DNA of 55,601 nt, taken from assembly GCA_035687405.1 (NCBI GenBank), contig DASRXR010000480.1, forward strand, positions 1 through 55,601. The letters run 5' to 3'. The number at the start of each line of letters is the position of its first letter. The stretch's first letter is position 1. The notes under the pieces were generated by a model. The model saw nothing but the letters and a program-made list of their open reading frames with translations, was not told the DNA's origin and searched no databases. Both the position numbers and the translations under genes were made by a program. The stretch is from Polyangiales bacterium (GTDB taxonomy: Bacteria; Myxococcota_A; Polyangia; Polyangiales; JAFGIB01). Positions 42,822-51,319 of the stretch are shown piece by piece.

Positions 42822-43946
42822 CTACTGATCCATCATCTTACGCATCGTGGTCCAGGTCGCCGTGTCTTTGCAGACTGAGCAGTCGCCGTAGAACATCGGG
42901 CGAAGGGCCGTGTCGTTCATGAGGTGAACGCGGAACCACGCGGTCGTGATCACCCAGAAGGGATTGAACGCACCGGCCGAGAAGATCCAGTTCGTGTGGT
43001 CGGCGGCCTTGAGCTCGGCGTACATCACAGGTTGGTTCGTGACGGCGTTGAACGCGCTCAGGTTTTGAGCGCAGGGCAAGGTCGTGTCCATGCCTCCGCA
43101 CAGTGCGAGGGCTGGACCGTGGAGCGAGCGAGCTCGGCTCAAGATCTCAATCGGGGCAATCGTCTTGATGCGTTCGTCTGCGCCCGCGCTAGTCGAGGCG
43201 ATGGCGCCTTGCGAGTGCCCCGTCGCGCCGATGCGATCTCGGTCGACGTGACCGAAGAGCGGCGTGCCAGCAGTCGTGTCCTGCTCCAGCACCCACGTCA
43301 CTCCGTCGAGCATGGGCGGGGGCATTCCTTGTCCGACGTTCATGCTGTTCGACGCGATCACGATGAAGCCGTGCGATGCGTAGAGCGAGAGCATCCGGCC
43401 GTACGTGGGCGGCGTCGTACCAGTGCCGTTGCCCCACGTGATCACGGGGTGGCGCTGGGTGAGATCTTTCGGGCGGTACATCGTGTACGCCATGTTCGGG
43501 CCGACCATCGTCTCCGTGACCGTCGCAAACGGACCCATCTTTGCGGGGTCGGCTGCCGGCCACGTGCCGGGCGGTCCGGCGGGCGGCGGCGGCGTCACCA
43601 TGCCGCTGCCAGCTGCAGGCATCCCTGGTGCTGGCACGCCGGCTGCACCGCTCGGGGGTGGGCGATTCGGCATGGTCGGAGGCGGAATCACCGGGCCGGG
43701 GCTGCCGCCGATGGCTGCAGGCGATCCGGCGACCCCTGGCGTGATGCCGCTACCAGCTGTACCGGTGCCGGTTCTGCCTGCGAGGGCGCTGCCGATCGTG
43801 CCGCCCGTCGCGCCTGCCGTTGCCGTGCCGCCGGACCCGCCTTGCGTAATGCCGCGCGGACCGCTGTCGGTGTCGCTGCCGCAGCTCGCGCCGACGAGAC
43901 TGACGCACAAAGCGAGGCAGCTAGTTGCGAGTCGCTGGTTTGCCAT
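42822..43946 (-). CDS. secreted alpha/beta hydrolase lipoprotein (cutinase/dienelactone-hydrolase-like) with a Gly/Pro-rich linker
   Basis: ORF 42822..44177, trimmed to the ATG at 43946 (MANQRLATSCLALCVSLVGASC lipobox, 374 aa). Motifs are HPVITWGNGTGTTPPTYGRMLSLYASHGFIVIASNS, the nucleophile elbow GATGHSQGA, and a late ADH. Confidence 0.7.
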   Translation of the reverse strand: MANQRLATSCLALCVSLVGASCGSDTDSGPRGITQGGSGGTATAGATGGTIGSALAGRTGTGTAGSGITPGVAGSPAAIGGSPGPVIPPPTMPNRPPPSGAAGVPAPGMPAAGSGMVTPPPPAGPPGTWPAADPAKMGPFATVTETMVGPNMAYTMYRPKDLTQRHPVITWGNGTGTTPPTYGRMLSLYASHGFIVIASNSMNVGQGMPPPMLDGVTWVLEQDTTAGTPLFGHVDRDRIGATGHSQGAIASTSAGADERIKTIAPIEILSRARSLHGPALALCGGMDTTLPCAQNLSAFNAVTNQPVMYAELKAADHTNWIFSAGAFNPFWVITTAWFRVHLMNDTALRPMFYGDCSVCKDTATWTTMRKMMDQ

Positions 43947-44261
43947 CGAGTACCTCCGTGTACCGTTCCTGCACACGAGGTATGTCCCTTTGAGCGACCG
44001 CTCAAGCCCACAATTGGGACGCGTGGCGCAAAGAGATCCGAAATCGCTGGCAACTTTCCCGAGTAGTCGCGGGCATTTGCCTTCATACGCCAACGACTGT
44101 GAACCTTCGAGGACACGTAGCGTCGACAGCCAGTACGCCGCGCACCACTCGTGATCGGTCACGCGCGCCGGTGACATTTCAATAGTTGCAAACGCTAGTC
44201 GGGCGCTTGCGTTGGCTCACTCCAACATCGTATCGAGGACGCAATCGGTGGGGGCGGATGC

Positions 44262-45887
44262 GTGATGTTCAGAGTTTCTCGACGAAGCATCCGCGCTAGG
44301 GCTGCGTTCGCAGTTTTAGCAGTTCCGGTCGTGCGGCTCGCCCTATGCGTTACGGCGCTGGCCTGTACGCCGGTCGCGAAGACAATCGTTCCGGCGGAGG
44401 AGATTGCCGGGGAGGGCGCTCTCGGCGTGACTGCGGGAGAATCCGGGGCCGGAACGATCACGAACGGTGTTGGTACGGGTGGTGTCGGCGTAGGCGCGGC
44501 TGCAGGAGGAGCGGCTACGAACGGCGCGGCAGCAAGTGGTGCTGCTGCGAGCGGCGCGGCAGCGAGCGGCGCCAATCCTTCGAATCCGAGTGCGGGCAGT
44601 GGCGCTGGGGCGAACAGCTCCAGCGGACCGAGTGCGAGCGGCGGGACCGCAGGTGGAGTGGCGCCTCCGCCGAACTGCATGCCCACGGCCGAGACGTGCG
44701 ACGGAATCGACAACGACTGCGATGGGCAGACCGACGAGCAGGTGAAAAAGAAGTGTTGGGCCGATCTCGATGGCGACGGCGTCGCAGCTGCGATGGCTGA
44801 GGCGACTGAGAGTTGCGACGAGTGCGGAGCGATGACGACGCCGACGGCGCCGGGCACGTTGGAGTCGATCGATTGCGACGACAACGACAAAACGAAGGCT
44901 CCGGGCGCGACGGACATCTGTGGCGACGGCGTCGACAACGATTGCAATGGAACGCCCGACGATAAGGCCAACAATGCGTGCGACGGCCCGTGCACGACGC
45001 AGCTCCCGGGCAAGCCTGGCGATCCCTGCAGCAACGGCTTGAAGGGCGCGTGCGCGAAGATGGGCACGTACGCGTGTATGCCCGACCACTCACTCACCTG
45101 TTCGGCTGAAATCGTGATGGGTACGATGGAGAAATGCGGCGACAACAGTGACAACGACTGCGACGGCGTGGTCGACAACAGCTGCGTCAAGAACAAGTGT
45201 GGTGGTTGGACTCAGTTGGCGCCCGACAAAGGCGACTCGTGCAGTATGGGTGAAGGCACCTGCCGGGCCACTGGAAGCTACGAATGCGACGGCACCGACA
45301 AGACTGTTTGCAGCGTGCAACCCAAAACGCCGAACGACTGCGGCGGTTGCACGCCACTTCCTACTTATGGACGGAGCTGCACCGCGACGTGTTCCTCGGA
45401 CGGACAATATGTATGCAACGGAACGGACGCGACCAAGTGCAGTGTCAGCGCCAAACCCGAAAACCGTTGCGGCGGTTGTACGATACTGGCGAACGACGTC
45501 GGCAAAACATGCACCGGGGCGTGTAGCGCGCGAGGAAGTTACATCTGCGTGCCGGGACAAACGGACGCGACGACGTGTTCGGTCACGAGCACAGCTACGA
45601 GAAATTCGTGTGGCGGGTGCGGTTCGAACCCGCCAGGCGTCGCGGAAGGAATGATGTGCACTGCCGGAATGAATTCCTGCGCGTCGCTGGGCCATTGGTC
45701 GTGCACAGGAGCCGGCGATGCGTCCCATCTAGAATGCGATGCGATAACGCAGGAACAGACGAACGGTTGCGGCGGCTGCGTGGGAGAGAGGCTCGGCAGA
45801 GGATGCGTCACGCCTGACGCCTCTGGCATTGATGTGCCTGGTACCTACGTATGTGATGGCGAGTTGACGTACTGCCAAGCGTCATGA
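44262..45887 (+). CDS. exported Cys-rich protein: three CDGxDNDCDG (MopE-like putative metal-binding) motifs plus five CGGC-headed modules
   Basis: 541 aa. Signal/lipobox ...LCVTALAC. Gly/Ala linker. The three motifs are CDGIDNDCDGQTDE, CGDGVDNDCNGTPDD and CGDNSDNDCDGVVDNSC. Five ~40-50-aa repeats follow, starting with CGGW/CGGC and each containing G.Y.C.G.....C. Confidence 0.75.
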   Translation: MMFRVSRRSIRARAAFAVLAVPVVRLALCVTALACTPVAKTIVPAEEIAGEGALGVTAGESGAGTITNGVGTGGVGVGAAAGGAATNGAAASGAAASGAAASGANPSNPSAGSGAGANSSSGPSASGGTAGGVAPPPNCMPTAETCDGIDNDCDGQTDEQVKKKCWADLDGDGVAAAMAEATESCDECGAMTTPTAPGTLESIDCDDNDKTKAPGATDICGDGVDNDCNGTPDDKANNACDGPCTTQLPGKPGDPCSNGLKGACAKMGTYACMPDHSLTCSAEIVMGTMEKCGDNSDNDCDGVVDNSCVKNKCGGWTQLAPDKGDSCSMGEGTCRATGSYECDGTDKTVCSVQPKTPNDCGGCTPLPTYGRSCTATCSSDGQYVCNGTDATKCSVSAKPENRCGGCTILANDVGKTCTGACSARGSYICVPGQTDATTCSVTSTATRNSCGGCGSNPPGVAEGMMCTAGMNSCASLGHWSCTGAGDASHLECDAITQEQTNGCGGCVGERLGRGCVTPDASGIDVPGTYVCDGELTYCQAS

Positions 45888-45898
45888 GCGCCGCAGCC

Positions 45899-46618
45899 CT
45901 ACCAACGTTCGCTGAACCGGCGCAGGCGCAAATCGATCAGGTCTTGGGCGACGCCTGCGATGCGCTTCCATCCCGTCGACTTTGAGACGCCCGCGCGTCG
46001 GGGGCGGCAGTCTATGACAACGTTGCGCGTGGGTCGTCGCGCGGCGAGTACGCGGATGGGGAACTCGAAGTTCAGAAAGAACGTATCGGGAACGAGCTCT
46101 TCTGGAATGAACAGCTCGCGGCGAAACAGGTACGGGCCATCGCTCCGCATTCGCACGCCGTGCACTGCGAAGATCAACGCGCGTACGCCGAACGAGAGCA
46201 GCTTGCGATGCACGCCGTCGTCGCGCGCAGCGTACGTGCTCATCACGACGTCGACCGGCTCGCCGCTCGCAGCCGCACGCAGCGTTCCGATCGCGCTCGG
46301 CTCGATCTGGCCGTCGGCCGGCATGAACGTCACCCATGGGGCTTCGCAGGCGCGGACACCGGTCTTCAGCGCAGCGCCGATCCCGCGGTTCCGCTCGTGC
46401 CGCAGGAACTTCGCCCGCGAACCGGCGAGCGCCGACCGGGCGGTTTCGAGCGTCGAATCTTTACTGCCGTCATCGACGAAGACGAGCTCTGCGTTCGGCT
46501 CGTTTTGCGCGAGCCAATCGCGCAACTCGCCGAGGACCGGCGTGATGTTCTCCGCTTCGTTGTAGGCGAAAACGATGACAGACAGACTCGGCGCGGCGAT
46601 CTGCGGTTGCGCGCTCAC
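45899..46618 (-). CDS. family 2 glycosyltransferase (polyprenol-phosphate sugar transferase-like)
   Basis: 239 aa. LSVIVFAYNEAENITPVL...ELVFVDDGSKDSTLE...GIGAALKTG. The GTG start overlaps the upstream stop (GTGA). Confidence 0.85.
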   Translation of the reverse strand: MSAQPQIAAPSLSVIVFAYNEAENITPVLGELRDWLAQNEPNAELVFVDDGSKDSTLETARSALAGSRAKFLRHERNRGIGAALKTGVRACEAPWVTFMPADGQIEPSAIGTLRAAASGEPVDVVMSTYAARDDGVHRKLLSFGVRALIFAVHGVRMRSDGPYLFRRELFIPEELVPDTFFLNFEFPIRVLAARRPTRNVVIDCRPRRAGVSKSTGWKRIAGVAQDLIDLRLRRFSERW

Positions 46619-47133
46619 GCCGGCCGCTCACGGAGCACCCGGGCCGGTGAACCCGCCGCGACGCTGTAGGCTGCGATGTCGCGTGTCACGACCGCGCCTG
46701 CACCGATGCGCGCACCGCGACCGATCCGCACGCCGGGTAAAACGATGCACCCGACGCCGAGGTTTACTTCGTCTTCGATCACAACCGGCGCCATGTCGAC
46801 CGGGGAGAGCAGGGGAGCGGTCGCTCGGCCGAGCTCGCGATGCTCGGACGTCAGGATCATCACGCCCGGGCCGATGCCGACTCGCGCACCAATCGTGATC
46901 CCCGCGGCGCTGTGGAAGAAGCAGTTTTGCCCGATCCACGTCTCATCGCCGATCCGCATTTCGTTCTGGTAGTAGCCTTTGAGAATCGTCCGGTGCCCGA
47001 CGTATACGTTGGTGCCCAAGTAGACGTTCTCGGGGTGAAACACCAGGACGTCGGCTTCGAACACGCACTCGGGTCCGCAGCCGCCGAGCTGCTCGGGCGC
47101 GAACTGCCCGGTGCCATGACTGCGGTTTCGCAT
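46615..47133 (-). CDS. hexapeptide-repeat (LbH) acyl/acetyltransferase
   Basis: 172 aa. The imperfect hexapeptides are IGDETWIGQNCFFHSAAGITIGARVGIGPGVMIL and VVIEDEVNLGVGCIVLPGVRIGRGARIGAGAVVTRDI. Confidence 0.85.
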   Translation of the reverse strand: MRNRSHGTGQFAPEQLGGCGPECVFEADVLVFHPENVYLGTNVYVGHRTILKGYYQNEMRIGDETWIGQNCFFHSAAGITIGARVGIGPGVMILTSEHRELGRATAPLLSPVDMAPVVIEDEVNLGVGCIVLPGVRIGRGARIGAGAVVTRDIAAYSVAAGSPARVLRERPA

Positions 47134-47161
47134 CTCCGCAGCATATCAAAACGAACACGAT

Positions 47162-47212
47162 GTTGGCGGCGCCGCTCGGCTCGGGGGGAATCAGACGAGC
47201 GGCGCCGCCAAC
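47162..47212 (-). terminator. strong hairpin (17-bp perfect stem, 17-nt loop) downstream of the vWA gene
   Basis: GTTGGCGGCGCCGCTCG (47162-47178) pairs with CGAGCGGCGCCGCCAAC (47196-47212). On the minus strand it is followed by ...GTTCGTTTTGATAT, which is weakly T-rich. It lies between the vWA stop (47279) and the LbH start (47133). Confidence 0.55.
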
Positions 47213-47278
47213 GGCAGCGATGTGAGCTGAGTCGCCGAGCACACCCGCTCGTCGAGCTCAGGAAACGCGGTGTTCGGT

Positions 47279-48448
47279 TCAGTCGGGCCGGAACACCTCG
47301 CACGGAAACATCGCATAGACCATGGACGCCTTACTCAGGAAGGTGGTGCAGGCAGTGCCATTGAGTTGGAACGTGTTTTCGTCCACGAGCTTCCAACCAT
47401 TGTCGTTGTTGCACTCGAGATCCTTGCCATCCAGCGTGACCTTGCCGCTGCAGGCTGCGCCCGTATCGACTTGCCCTTTCAGATCGATCTGGCAGCTCGC
47501 GCCGCTCACGATCTTTTGAAACGTCGAGATTAGCTCGCCCCTAGTCGAAGGAACGAACGGGGGAGTCTTCGTCGCAGTTGCAGCTGCGACCTTGTCGAGG
47601 TGGCTCTGAAGCCGATTGTCGCCACCGGCCATGCTGATCACGAACATGTTCATGCCGGCGTCGGTGCCGCGCTTCGTGACGTCGATGACGTTCTGCTCGA
47701 CCATCGGATCGTTGCCGTTCAGATCGCCGCAACCCTTGTTCGGGGAACCATCGGTTGCAAACACGACGTAGACCGGACCGGATTTGTCGTCCGGCGCAGA
47801 CATGTTGGTGACCGGTAAGTTCGTGACCACGTAGTCGAGGGCCTGGTCCGACGGTGTGCCGCTCGCCACCGGGTTCATCGGGTACATCGCCGCGATCGCG
47901 TCGCGGTTGTTGAGCGCAGGTTCGACCGTGATCAGTTGCACGCAGTTGTCAGGCGTCGCGGCGTTGCCGGCGTAAACCACCAGCCCGAAGCGCACGACCG
48001 ACTGCAGGCTGTCGACGACCGCGCCTTGATCCATCAACGTGGCGCGCAGGGCTTGCCAGCGGTTTTGGCCCGCGTCGAAGTTGTTGCTCATGCTGCTGCT
48101 GCCGTCGACGACCAGCCAGACGGTGGGTGTCACCGGCTCGGTGTCCGCGACCGCGTTCGCACACGTCCCACCGGGTAGGCCCGCCGCTCCTGGCTGCGAA
48201 TTCGGGCCACCCGACTTTCCGCCGCTACCTGCTTTGCCCGCACCTTTGCCGGCCGTCTGGCCAGGCATGCCGAAGCCGGACGCGCCGTCGAGCCCGCCGT
48301 TGCCGGCAAAGCCTTCTGGAGTCGGTAACTCGTTCTTCTTCTCGTCCGAGCCGCAGCCGACCGCTGCAGCGCACACCAGAAGAAAGAGGCTCCCGAGGCG
48401 AGCGCGCTCGACCCAGCCGTAGCCTCGCACCCGAAGCGAATACTTCAT
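47279..48448 (-). CDS. von Willebrand factor A domain lipoprotein with a C-terminal Cys-containing domain
   Basis: 389 aa. Lipobox LLVCAAAVGC|GSD. Gly-rich linker. MIDAS motif VWLVVDGSSSMS, then VVFATDGSPN. The C-terminal ~70 aa has 6 Cys. Confidence 0.8.
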   Translation of the reverse strand: MKYSLRVRGYGWVERARLGSLFLLVCAAAVGCGSDEKKNELPTPEGFAGNGGLDGASGFGMPGQTAGKGAGKAGSGGKSGGPNSQPGAAGLPGGTCANAVADTEPVTPTVWLVVDGSSSMSNNFDAGQNRWQALRATLMDQGAVVDSLQSVVRFGLVVYAGNAATPDNCVQLITVEPALNNRDAIAAMYPMNPVASGTPSDQALDYVVTNLPVTNMSAPDDKSGPVYVVFATDGSPNKGCGDLNGNDPMVEQNVIDVTKRGTDAGMNMFVISMAGGDNRLQSHLDKVAAATATKTPPFVPSTRGELISTFQKIVSGASCQIDLKGQVDTGAACSGKVTLDGKDLECNNDNGWKLVDENTFQLNGTACTTFLSKASMVYAMFPCEVFRPD

Positions 48449-48540
48449 GCTAGTTGGCCCACTGACGCACGTGACTGCCGTGCGAAAGTACGTTCCAAAT
48501 CCGTCCGGGTCCGGCTCAGAAAACCCGTGTTGTCGCGGAT

Positions 48541-48560
48541 CAGCGAGCCTAGGCTCGCTG
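48541..48560. repeat. perfect 20-bp palindrome CAGCGAGCCTAGGCTCGCTG
   Basis: Read directly; it is its own reverse complement. It sits in the 208-nt gap between the OM-protein stop (48657) and the vWA start (48448). It could be an operator or a short hairpin. Confidence 0.9.
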
Positions 48561-48656
48561 GCCTAGCCAACTACGCTGGCAGCTCCGAGCGGCGGGACCT
48601 GACCGTTTTGTCACCGGAAGTAGTGCTTCGTCGAGCTAACGTGCCTTCGACCGGTG

Positions 48657-50360
48657 TCAGATCGACAGACGCAGTGCGATCCCGGTGTCGAATAGGCCTG
48701 CAGGCAGGAGCTGCACGCCTTCGAACTCCACGCGTAGCCGAAACTCACCGCTCGGCCGACCATAATGAGCGGCGACGTAGGCTTCGAACCGCAGATGTGT
48801 AAGCAGTACGAGCGAATAGCTGAGTTGCGTCAAGAACGAGCGGTCCGACAGGTTGGCGAGCGTCGAGAGTGTGAACGAGTGCAAGTCGAGCGAGAACGGC
48901 GAGGGCGCCACGAGCACGAGCGCTGCGTAGTGTTGGCCGAGATAGAAGTACGTCGCTGGATCGCGTAGCGGGTCCGTCCGTGGCGCGAGCAACCCGGGAT
49001 AGACGTTCGAGTTCGAATAACCGAGCGGGTTGTAGAAGTACTCGGCGCTGATCGTGAACACGTCGTTCTCGTGGTACTTGAACGAGTACGAGAGGCCTGC
49101 GACGGCCTGCGGGCGGTAGCCCTTCGCGCGGTAGCGTGGGAACCGCGCTTCGGCGACTTCCAGCACTTGCGCTTGCATGTACTCCTGGTCCGTTTGCCAC
49201 GACTCGCGCTCGGGCGGATCTGGCAGCGACGCGTTCGGTGCGTAGCGGACTCGGTCGACGTCGTTGCGATTGCGCAGCGCGACCTCGAAAAACAGATCGA
49301 AGTCTCCGATGCCGGTCGATACGTCTGCAGCAAACTTCGGGTCGCTGCCTTTTTGCGCGAATGCGCCGAAGCTGAGCTCGGTGATGTCGAAGACGAGCTC
49401 GGCGCGCACTGCAGCTCCTAGCTGCGCCACGGTCGGCACGCCTTCCGGACCTTCGGCGACACCGTAGGCGTAGAAGTTCCAGGCCTTGCTCTCGATCGGC
49501 AGGTGCAGCTTCAGCATCGTCGTACCGGTCCGCGCGTCGAAGACTTCGAGCGGATTGCGGTGTTGGACGTGCAGGTAGTCGCTCGGCGACCAGACGTGGC
49601 CGACGCCCCAGCGCACGTGCTGCTTGCCTGCGGACACGAACAGCTTGTGATCGACGTCGAAGCGCAGCCACATCTGATCGAGTCGGACTTGCGGGCCGGT
49701 GCGCGGCGTCCCGAACAAGCTCGTGAGATCGGCGCTGCCGGTGGCCGCCTCCGTCGCCGAGAGCTGCGGGCGGTTGCCCGAAACCGTCGGGTCGTAGGTC
49801 ATGCGGCCGAGCACGTAGCCGCGCACCCGGTCGTTCGGGCGTGCGTCGAGGAAGACGTCGAGCAGCGTGGGGAGGTTGAAGACCGAGTCGCCGAGCGAGA
49901 CGTCTTCGAAGCTGCGCGTCTGAGCCCGTAGGTAGAGCTGACCTCCGATGCTCAGCGGATCGTCCGGCGGGAACTGCCCGTCGAACATCGGGCGTGATTC
50001 GCCGCCGAGGATCGCGTCGTCGCGGCTATCCGGAACATTCGGCGAGATCGTGGGTGGTGCAGCTGCGAGCGGCACAGCGGGGCTCGCTTCCGGAATGGGA
50101 GCGCCGACTCCGGGAGTCTCGAGCGTGTCGGGCGCAGCCGCGGCTGCTGGCGTCTCCGGAACAGGCGCCGGCGCGCCCGCCGCCGGCGGCTCGCTGCCGC
50201 TGGGAGCGGCAGGTGCACCGAACATGTCGGCTTCGCTCGGGCGATCTTGCGCAGCCGCGACGGCAGACGCGAGCGCCAAGCAACACGCACACGCGAGCGC
50301 GATGTACGACCGGCCAGATGCCGGACGTGAACCGGGCCTACCTGCAAAAGAAGAAGGCAT
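48657..50360 (-). CDS. hypothetical outer-membrane protein (large beta-barrel-like) with a Pro/Ala-rich N-terminal region
   Basis: 567 aa. Signal ...LALASAVAAAQ|D. A PAAP-rich stretch is followed by ~450 aa rich in alternating aromatic/Gly/Asp patterns (YAYGVAEG, FDITELSFGAFAQKG, YSFKYHENDVFTISAEYFYNPLGY). I recognise no family. Confidence 0.6.
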   Translation of the reverse strand: MPSSFAGRPGSRPASGRSYIALACACCLALASAVAAAQDRPSEADMFGAPAAPSGSEPPAAGAPAPVPETPAAAAAPDTLETPGVGAPIPEASPAVPLAAAPPTISPNVPDSRDDAILGGESRPMFDGQFPPDDPLSIGGQLYLRAQTRSFEDVSLGDSVFNLPTLLDVFLDARPNDRVRGYVLGRMTYDPTVSGNRPQLSATEAATGSADLTSLFGTPRTGPQVRLDQMWLRFDVDHKLFVSAGKQHVRWGVGHVWSPSDYLHVQHRNPLEVFDARTGTTMLKLHLPIESKAWNFYAYGVAEGPEGVPTVAQLGAAVRAELVFDITELSFGAFAQKGSDPKFAADVSTGIGDFDLFFEVALRNRNDVDRVRYAPNASLPDPPERESWQTDQEYMQAQVLEVAEARFPRYRAKGYRPQAVAGLSYSFKYHENDVFTISAEYFYNPLGYSNSNVYPGLLAPRTDPLRDPATYFYLGQHYAALVLVAPSPFSLDLHSFTLSTLANLSDRSFLTQLSYSLVLLTHLRFEAYVAAHYGRPSGEFRLRVEFEGVQLLPAGLFDTGIALRLSI

Positions 50361-50407
50361 CGACTCGTTCTCGGTTGAGGGGTCTGGCGCCGGCGCGCGA
50401 GCAAACG

Positions 50408-51307
50408 CTATCGCGACTTACTCTCGAGCCACGCCTTCGTAAACAGGTTCTGTTCGAGCGAGTGCAGATCGACCGCCTTGATCAGCACGAGCGTCGAGTT
50501 TTCCTTCTCGACCTCGTCGTAGAAGCGGATCTCTTGCGGGAACCACACGTCCTGTTTTTTCGACTCGCTGAAGACTTTCTTCCACTTCGGATAATACGAC
50601 GTGCGGAGCAAGCGACCCGACAGCGCGAACTCTTGGCGCTTGAGGACGTTGTGCGTGTCTTTGTCGACCCAGAGCTTGATCACCGGGAACGCGAGATCGA
50701 GCCCCGACTTGCCTTTGAGGTCGACGCGCTGCGCGTTGTATGCGCCGAGCTTTTCTTCGCCGGCGTCGCTTGGGTCATACTCTTCCGCGAGCCGCGATTC
50801 GTCGAAGTCCGAGCGGCGCGAGTTCGTGCCGCCGATTCGCTCGCGTTCGGTCCGGCGCTCCCACTTACCGACTGCCGGATCGTAGAACCACAAGTTCTTG
50901 TCGACGCGCAGATAGCCTTGGCCGACGACATTTTTTGGCGCGGTGAACAAGATGATGAAGCGCTGATCGGCGCTGCGCCGATACACGATCGCGTTGTAGA
51001 CGACCGCGACTTTGCCCTTTTCTTTTTGCTCGATGTACACGTCCGACCGCCAGTCGCCTTGGTTGCGCTGCCGCTCGTCGATGGTCTTCAGCAGCGAGAC
51101 GAGCTCGGTCTTCGAGGTTTGAGGGCGTTGCGTGGTCGCGGGGGCCGGTGCAGCCGGCGCGGATTCCTGCTTGGCAGCCGACTGGGCCGGTGCAGCTGGG
51201 GGCTGCTGTGCCTGGGCATGAGTCGACGCCGTGACCCAAGTCAGCGTAGCGACGGTAAGCGCCGCTGAGAGCAGGCCGCGGAGCGAGTGGGCAATGCGTT
51301 GTGTCAT
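50408..51307 (-). CDS. LolA-like outer-membrane lipoprotein-sorting family protein
   Basis: 299 aa. Signal ...VTASTHAQA|QQ. The core RFIILFTAPKNVVGQGYLRVDKNLWFYDPAVGKWERRTERERIGGTNSRRSDFDESRLAEEY matches my memory of the LolA_like family pattern (P....G...L......W.Y.P......RI.......GS.FS..D). Confidence 0.7.
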   Translation of the reverse strand: MTQRIAHSLRGLLSAALTVATLTWVTASTHAQAQQPPAAPAQSAAKQESAPAAPAPATTQRPQTSKTELVSLLKTIDERQRNQGDWRSDVYIEQKEKGKVAVVYNAIVYRRSADQRFIILFTAPKNVVGQGYLRVDKNLWFYDPAVGKWERRTERERIGGTNSRRSDFDESRLAEEYDPSDAGEEKLGAYNAQRVDLKGKSGLDLAFPVIKLWVDKDTHNVLKRQEFALSGRLLRTSYYPKWKKVFSESKKQDVWFPQEIRFYDEVEKENSTLVLIKAVDLHSLEQNLFTKAWLESKSR

Positions 51308-51319
51308 GTCTTCCTCGAC

